From Chrysomallon squamiferum (lineage: Eukaryota; Animalia; Mollusca): a stretch of 64,000 nucleotides of DNA. The translations under genes and the position numbers were made by a program. The notes below the pieces were generated by a model that did no database searches, had not been told where the DNA came from, and was given only the letters and a program-made list of their open reading frames with translations. Each line of letters begins with the position of its first letter. The stretch's first letter is position 1. Location of the stretch: NCBI GenBank assembly GCA_012295275.1, contig CM022666.1, forward strand, positions 16,807,090-16,871,089. The letters run 5' to 3'. Of the stretch, positions 57,160-64,000 are shown in pieces.

Positions 57160-58788
57160 TTTGTTTTTTTATTTTTGTTTTGTCATTTTTTTATTTTAAA
57201 TTTTACATATTTTATTCTATTTTATCTATTATTTTTTTTTTATTATTCTTACTATTATTATTATTATTTTTTTTTTTTTTGTCATTTTTTATTTTAAATT
57301 TTACATATTTTATTTAATTTTTTTTTATTTATTATTTTTTACATTTATTATAATTTTTGTTATTATTATTAGGAAAATGCTAGGGGTACCTTTTTCAAAG
57401 TGCAATAACTTTGTCCGAGCACGTGGGAAAAATCGGGCGCACATACCCAAAAGTCGGGCAAGGGTTTCCCGACACGGGTCAAAAGTGCCGCACGCCCCAC
57501 CGAAGGGGAACAACTCGTTTCCGACACGTGCACGAAAAACGCACATGTTTTTGAAAATTTGCTCGATTTTTTTTCAAACGCATTTTCGAAAGGTGCAGCA
57601 CCTTTGGTAAATGTTGGAAACGTTTTTGCCACACTCGCCCCGACGGCGCGCACGTTTTGCACACGTCGAAATATTTTTCCCGACCAAACGGAACAGTGTC
57701 AAACGGATTTTCAACTTTTGAAAATCGAATTTTTTCAAGTTTCGTTGAAAATGCTAGGGGTACCTTTTTCAAAGTGCAATAACTTTTTCCGAGCACATGG
57801 GAAAAATCGGTGCAGCACTTTGGAAACGTAAAATGTTCGCCCCGAACGTTTTTTTTCCCGACCAAACGGAACGCCCCGAAAATCGAATTTCAAGTTTCCG
57901 CGCGGTACCTTTTTCACAAACCCAAAAGTGGGGCAAGGGTTTCCCGACACGGGTCAAAAGTGCCGCACGCCCCACCGAAGGGGAACAACTCGTTTCCGAC
58001 ACGTGCACAAAAAACGCACATGTTTTTGAAAATTTGCTCGATTTTTTTTCAAACGCATTTTCGAAAGGTGCAGCACCTTTGGTAAATGTTGGAAACGTTT
58101 TTGCCACATTCGCCCCGACGGCGCGCACGTTTTGGACACGTCGAAATATTTTTCCCGACCAAACGGAACAGTGCCAAACGGATTTTCAACTTTTGAAAAT
58201 CGAATTTTTTCAAGTTTCGTTGAAAATGCTAGGGGTACCTTTTTCAAAGTGCAATAACTTTTTCCGAGCACGTGGGAAAAATCGGACGCACATACCCAAA
58301 AGTGGGGCAAGGGTTGCCCGACACGGGTCAAAAGTGCCGCACGCCCCACCCAAGGGGAACAACTCGTTTCCGACACGTGCACAAAAAACGCACATGTTTT
58401 TGAAAAATTTGCTCGATTTTTTTTCAAACGCATTTTCAAAAGGTGCAGCACCTTTGGTAAATGTTGGAAACGTTTTTGCCACACTCGCCCCGACGGAGCG
58501 CACGTTTTGCACACGTCGAAATATTTTTCCCGACCCGACCATTTTCACGGAATAGTGCCTTGAAAACACGGATTTTCAATTTTTCAACAACAACAACAAT
58601 AATAATTGACAAAAGTGGACGGATGAACAACTCGTTTCCGACACGTGCACAAAAAACGCACATGTTTTTGAAAATTTGCTCGTTTTTTTTCGCATTTTCA
58701 AAGGTCTCGTCATTTCCCGACCACACGGAATAGTTTTTTTTTTTTATTTACCCGGCGGCTTTTTTTATTTCGTCATATTTTTTTTTTA

Positions 58789-58820
<32 letters not shown>

Positions 58821-58881
58821 AAATTATTATTTTTTTCTTAATATTTCATTCTTTCTTTCTTTCTTTCTTTATTTATTTTGT

Positions 58882-58912
<31 letters not shown>

Positions 58913-59199
58913 TTTTTTTTTTTTTTTTTTTCATCTGCAGTCTTTAAGGTGATATTGACATCGGTAGTGAGTTGCGAGACCCACTTTTGAAAATATTGTT
59001 ATACTTTATTACTAGGAAAGGCTGGTAATAGTAAACCTGGAATGTATAAATTACACTGGGTCCATTGTTGTGCATCAGCTACAGTTTTATTAAGTTCCCC
59101 TTTTATAAGTAAAAATCTTTTTCTTTGAGCTGAATTCTCACATTGCTTATTTACAGAATTTTCATCATTTATCCAAAATAGTGACTAATGAACTTAAAA

Positions 59200-59259
<60 letters not shown>

Positions 59260-59745
59260 TTAAAACAACAACAACAACAACAGTAATAATAATAGGCAGT
59301 GGACGGATGAAGCCCGACGTCTTTTTTCCTTTTCTCTCGTCCGCCGAGTGGAGTGCAGTCGACCCGACCCGACCTGACCCGACCCGACCCTACCCGAGTG
59401 TAGCCGAACGGAGCTGAGCTGAGATCGAACGTTAGAAAACTGGGTCTCGGTACTCGCTACCGATGTCAATTTCGCCTTAAAGACTGCACAAAAATTAAGA
59501 ATGAAAAAAATCAATAAATAAAGCCAAAAAATTATTGACAGTGACACTTTACAGTCCATCACCACGAAAGACGAAATGCTCTTCACAACAACAACAACAA
59601 CAACAACAACAAAAACAACAGCAGCAGCAACAGTAGCACCACCACCACCAACAACAACGACAACAACAGCAATAATGCTAATTTCGTGCAAAATGACTCG
59701 TGAACACAGGATAAGTGCGAAACCTTTGTATTATTATCATGACCG

Positions 59746-59781
<36 letters not shown>

Positions 59782-60190
59782 GTAGTTATTATTATTATTA
59801 CTATTATTGTTATTATTATTATTATTATTATTATTCTTTTTATTATTATTATTATGATAGTACAGTACCGTAGATGCACAGTCACACACACACACGCATG
59901 GCGCTTTCTTTCTTTCTTTCTTTCTTTCTTTGAGTAGAAGAAGAACAACAACAACAAGATCGAATACTGCCAGCGCTTTATTTTTCTTTTTTCATTTCTT
60001 TATTTTTCTTTTATTTTATTAATTTTGTTGTTTGGATTTTTGATATTTTTTTTCAATTCTTTTATTTTTTTTCTTCTTCTTGTTTGTGTGAGTGCACTCT
60101 TCAAGGTGAAATTGTCAGCGAGCCAATACTGCCGGCGTTTATTTTTATTTCTTTATTTCTTTATTTTATTTTTTTAATTATTAATTATTA

Positions 60191-60270
<80 letters not shown>

Positions 60271-61339
60271 TTTATTTTTTTTTTTTATTTTAAATTTTAC
60301 ATATTTTATTCTATTTTATCTATTTTTTTTTTTTTTATTATTATTATTACTATTATTATTATTATTATTATTTTTTGTCATTTTTTTATTTTAAATTTTA
60401 CATCTTTTGTTTAATTTTGCTTTTATTTATTATTCTTTTCATTTATTAAAATTTTTATTATTATTATTATCAAAATGCTATGGGAACCTTTTTCAAAGTG
60501 CAATAACTTTGTCCGAGCACGTGGGAAAAATCGGGCGCACATACCCAAAAGTGGGGCAAGGGTTGCCCGACACGGGTCAAAAGTGCCGCACGCCCCACCC
60601 AAGGGGAACAACTCGTTTCCGACACGTGCACAAAAAACGCACATATGAATTTGAAAATTTGCTCGTTATTTTTTTTCAAACGCATTTTCAAAACGTGCAG
60701 CACCTTTGGTAAATGTTGGAAACGTTTTTCCCACACTCGCCCCGACGGCGCGCACGTTTTGCACACGTCGAAATATTTTTTCCGACCAAACGGAACAGTG
60801 CCACATGGATTTTCAATTTTTTCAACAACAACAACAATAATAATTGACAGTGGACGGATGAAACCCGGCGGCTTTTTTCCTTTTCTCTCCTCATATTTTT
60901 ATTTATTTATTTATTTATTTATTTTTTTAAATTATTATTTTTTTCTTAATATTTCATTCTTTCTTTCTTTCTTTCTTTCTTTATTTATTTTGTTTATTTA
61001 TTTATTGATTTATTTATTTATTTATTTTTTTTTTTTTCATCTGCAGTCTTTAAGGTGATATTCACATCGGTAGTGAGTTCCGAGACCCACTTTTGAAAAT
61101 ATTGTTATACTTTATTACTAGGAAAGGCTGGTAATAATAAACCTGGAATGTATAAATTACACTGGGTCCATTGTTGTGCATCAGCTACATTTTTATTAAG
61201 TTCCCCTTTTATAAGTAAAAATCTTTTTCTTTGAGCTGAATTCTCACATTGCTTATTTACAGAATTTTCATCATTTATCCAAAATAGTGACTAATGAACT
61301 TAAAAGAATAATAATAATAATAATAATAATAACAATAAC

Positions 61340-61371
<32 letters not shown>

Positions 61372-61394
61372 TTAAAACAACAACAACAACAACA

Positions 61395-61426
<32 letters not shown>

Positions 61427-61980
61427 TAAAACAACAGTAATAATAATAGGCAGTGGACGGATGAAGCCCGACGTCTTTTTTCCTTTTCTCTCGTCCGCCG
61501 AGTGGAGTGCAGTCGACCCGACCCGACCTGACCCGACCCGACCCTACCCGAGTGTAGCCGAACGGAGCTGAGCTGAGATCGGTTCCGATGGCAACGGTGA
61601 GACGAACGTTAGAAAACTGGGTCTCGGTACTCGCTACTCATGTCAATTTCGCCTTAAAGACTGCACAAAAATTAAGAATGAAAAAAATCAATAAATAAAG
61701 CCAAAAAATTATTGACAGTGACACTTTACAGTCCATCACCACGAAAGACGAAATGCTGTTCACAACAACAACAACAACAACAACAAAAACAACAGCAGCA
61801 GCAACAGTAGCACCACCACCACCAACAACAACGACAACAACAGCAATAATGCTAATTTCGTGCAAAATGACTCGTGAACACAGGATAAGTGCGAAACCTT
61901 TGTATTATTATCATGACCGCTACTACTACTACTACTACTATTACAACTACTACTAGTAGTTATTATTATTATTACTATTA

Positions 61981-62034
<54 letters not shown>

Positions 62035-62467
62035 TTTTTATTATTATTATTATGATAGTACAGTACCGTAGATGCACAGTCACACACACACACGCATGGC
62101 GCTTTCTTTCTTTCTTTCTTTCTTTGAGTAGAAGAAGAACAACAACAACAAGATCGAATACTGCCAGCGCTTTATTTTTCTTTTTTCATTTCTTTATTTT
62201 TCTTTTATTTTATTAATTTTGTTGTTTGGATTTTTGATATTTTTTTTCAATTGTTTTTTTTTTTTCTTCTTCTTCTTGTTTGTGTGAGTGCACTCTTTAA
62301 GGTGAAATTGTCATCGAGCCAATACTGCCAGCGTTTATTTTTATTTCTTTATTTCTTTATTTTATTTTTTTAATTATTAATTATTATCATTATTATTATT
62401 ATTATGATTATTATTGTTATTATTATTATTATCATTATTATTATTATTGTTATTATTATTATTATTA

Positions 62468-62580
<113 letters not shown>

Positions 62581-64000
62581 TTTTGTTTTTATTTTGTTTT
62601 GTCATTTTTTTTATTTTAAATTTTACATATTTTATTCTATTTTATCTATTATTTTTTTTTTATTATTCTTACTATTATTATTATTATTTTTTTTTTTTGT
62701 CATTTTTTATTTTAAATTTTACATATTTTATTTAATTTTTTTTTATTTATTATTTTTTACATTTATTATAATTTTGTTATTATTATTAGGAAAATGCTAG
62801 GGGTACCTTTTTCAAAGTGCAATAACTTTTTCCGAGCACGTGGGAAAAATCGGGCGCACATACCCAAAAGTGGGGCAAGGGTTTCCCGACACGGGTCAAA
62901 AGTGCCGCACGCCCCACCCAAGGGGAACAACTCGTTTCCGACACGTGCACAAAAAACGCACATGTTTTTGAAAATTTGCTCGATTTTTTTTCAAACGCAT
63001 TTTCGAAAGGTGCAGCACCTTTGGTAAATGTTGGAAACGTTTTTGCCACACTCGCCCCGACGGCGCGCACGTTTTGCACACGTCGAAATATTTTTCCCGA
63101 CCAAACGGAACAGTGCCACACGGATTTTCAACTTTTGAAAATCGAATTTTTCAAGTTTCTTTGAAAATGCTACGGGTACCTTTTTCAAAGTGCAATAACT
63201 TTTTCCGAGCACGTGGGAAAAAATGGTCGCACATACCCAAAAGTCGGGCAAGGGTTTCCCGACACGGGTCAAAAGTGCCGCACGCCCCACCCAAGGGGAA
63301 CAACTCGTTTCCGACACGTGCACAAAAAACGCACATGTTTTTGAAAATTTGCTCGATTTTTTTTCAAACGCATTTTCGAAAGGTGCAGCACCTTTGGTAA
63401 ATGTTGGAAACGTTTTTGCCACACTCGCCCCGACGGCGCGCACGTTTTGGACACGTCGAAATATTTTTCCCGACCAAACGGAACAGTGCCACACGGATTT
63501 TCAACTTTTGAAAATCGAATTTTTTCAAGTTTCCTTGAAAATGCTAGGGGTACCTTTTCAAAGTGCAATAACTTTTTCCGAGCACGTGGGAAAAATCGGA
63601 CGCACATACCCAAAAGTGGGGCAAGGGTTGCCCGACACGGGTCAAAAGTGCCGCACGCCCCACCGAAGGGGAACAACTCGTTTCCGACACGTGCACAAAA
63701 AACGCACATGTTTTTGAAAATTTGCTCGATTTTTTTCAAACGCATTTTCAAAAGGTGCAGCACCTTTGGTAAATGTTGGAAACGTTTTTGCCACACTCGC
63801 CCCGACGGCGCGCACGTTTGGACACGTCGAAATATTTTTCCCGACCAAACGGAACAGTGCCACACGGATTTTCAACTTTTGAAAATCGAAATTTTTCAAT
63901 TTCGTTGAAAATGCTAGGGGTACCTTTTTCAAAGTGCAATAACTTTTCCGGAGCCTGTGGTGAGGAAACCCAGCGCCCATATTCTGCAAGTAAGTGCGGC

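Overview
Eukaryotic, AT-rich, microsatellite-dense animal DNA, most plausibly from a mollusc or other lophotrochozoan (inference from the Ig-domain style and the repeat landscape). Most ORFs in the supplied track are artefacts of simple repeats. By manually joining exons I reconstruct five protein-coding genes in the first 46 kb. (1) A minus-strand ICE1-like gene (little elongation complex scaffold; ATG at 17060, running off the left edge) whose third intron is a clear U12-type AT-AC minor intron. (2) An Ig + transmembrane gene with an intronless CDS, nested antisense in ICE1 intron 7. (3) A 148-aa (PGQYPP)n-rich protein with a His/Cys-rich C-terminal membrane anchor. (4) A small secreted cysteine-containing protein whose splice acceptor is triplicated in frame. 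(5) A ~950-aa four-Ig, mucin-stalk, tyrosine-motif receptor built from phase-1 exons. Its exon-3 acceptor is the last unit of an ~80-bp minisatellite of about 25 decoy acceptors, and only that last unit carries an AG-removing substitution. Minisatellites that copy splice sites recur across the window. From ~46.8 kb to the end lies a composite satellite: ~374-bp monomers interleaved with ~1.8-2 kb spacers that carry an internal inverted repeat, organised as a ~5.4-kb higher-order repeat. All homology calls come from recalled sequences and motifs, not from database searches.
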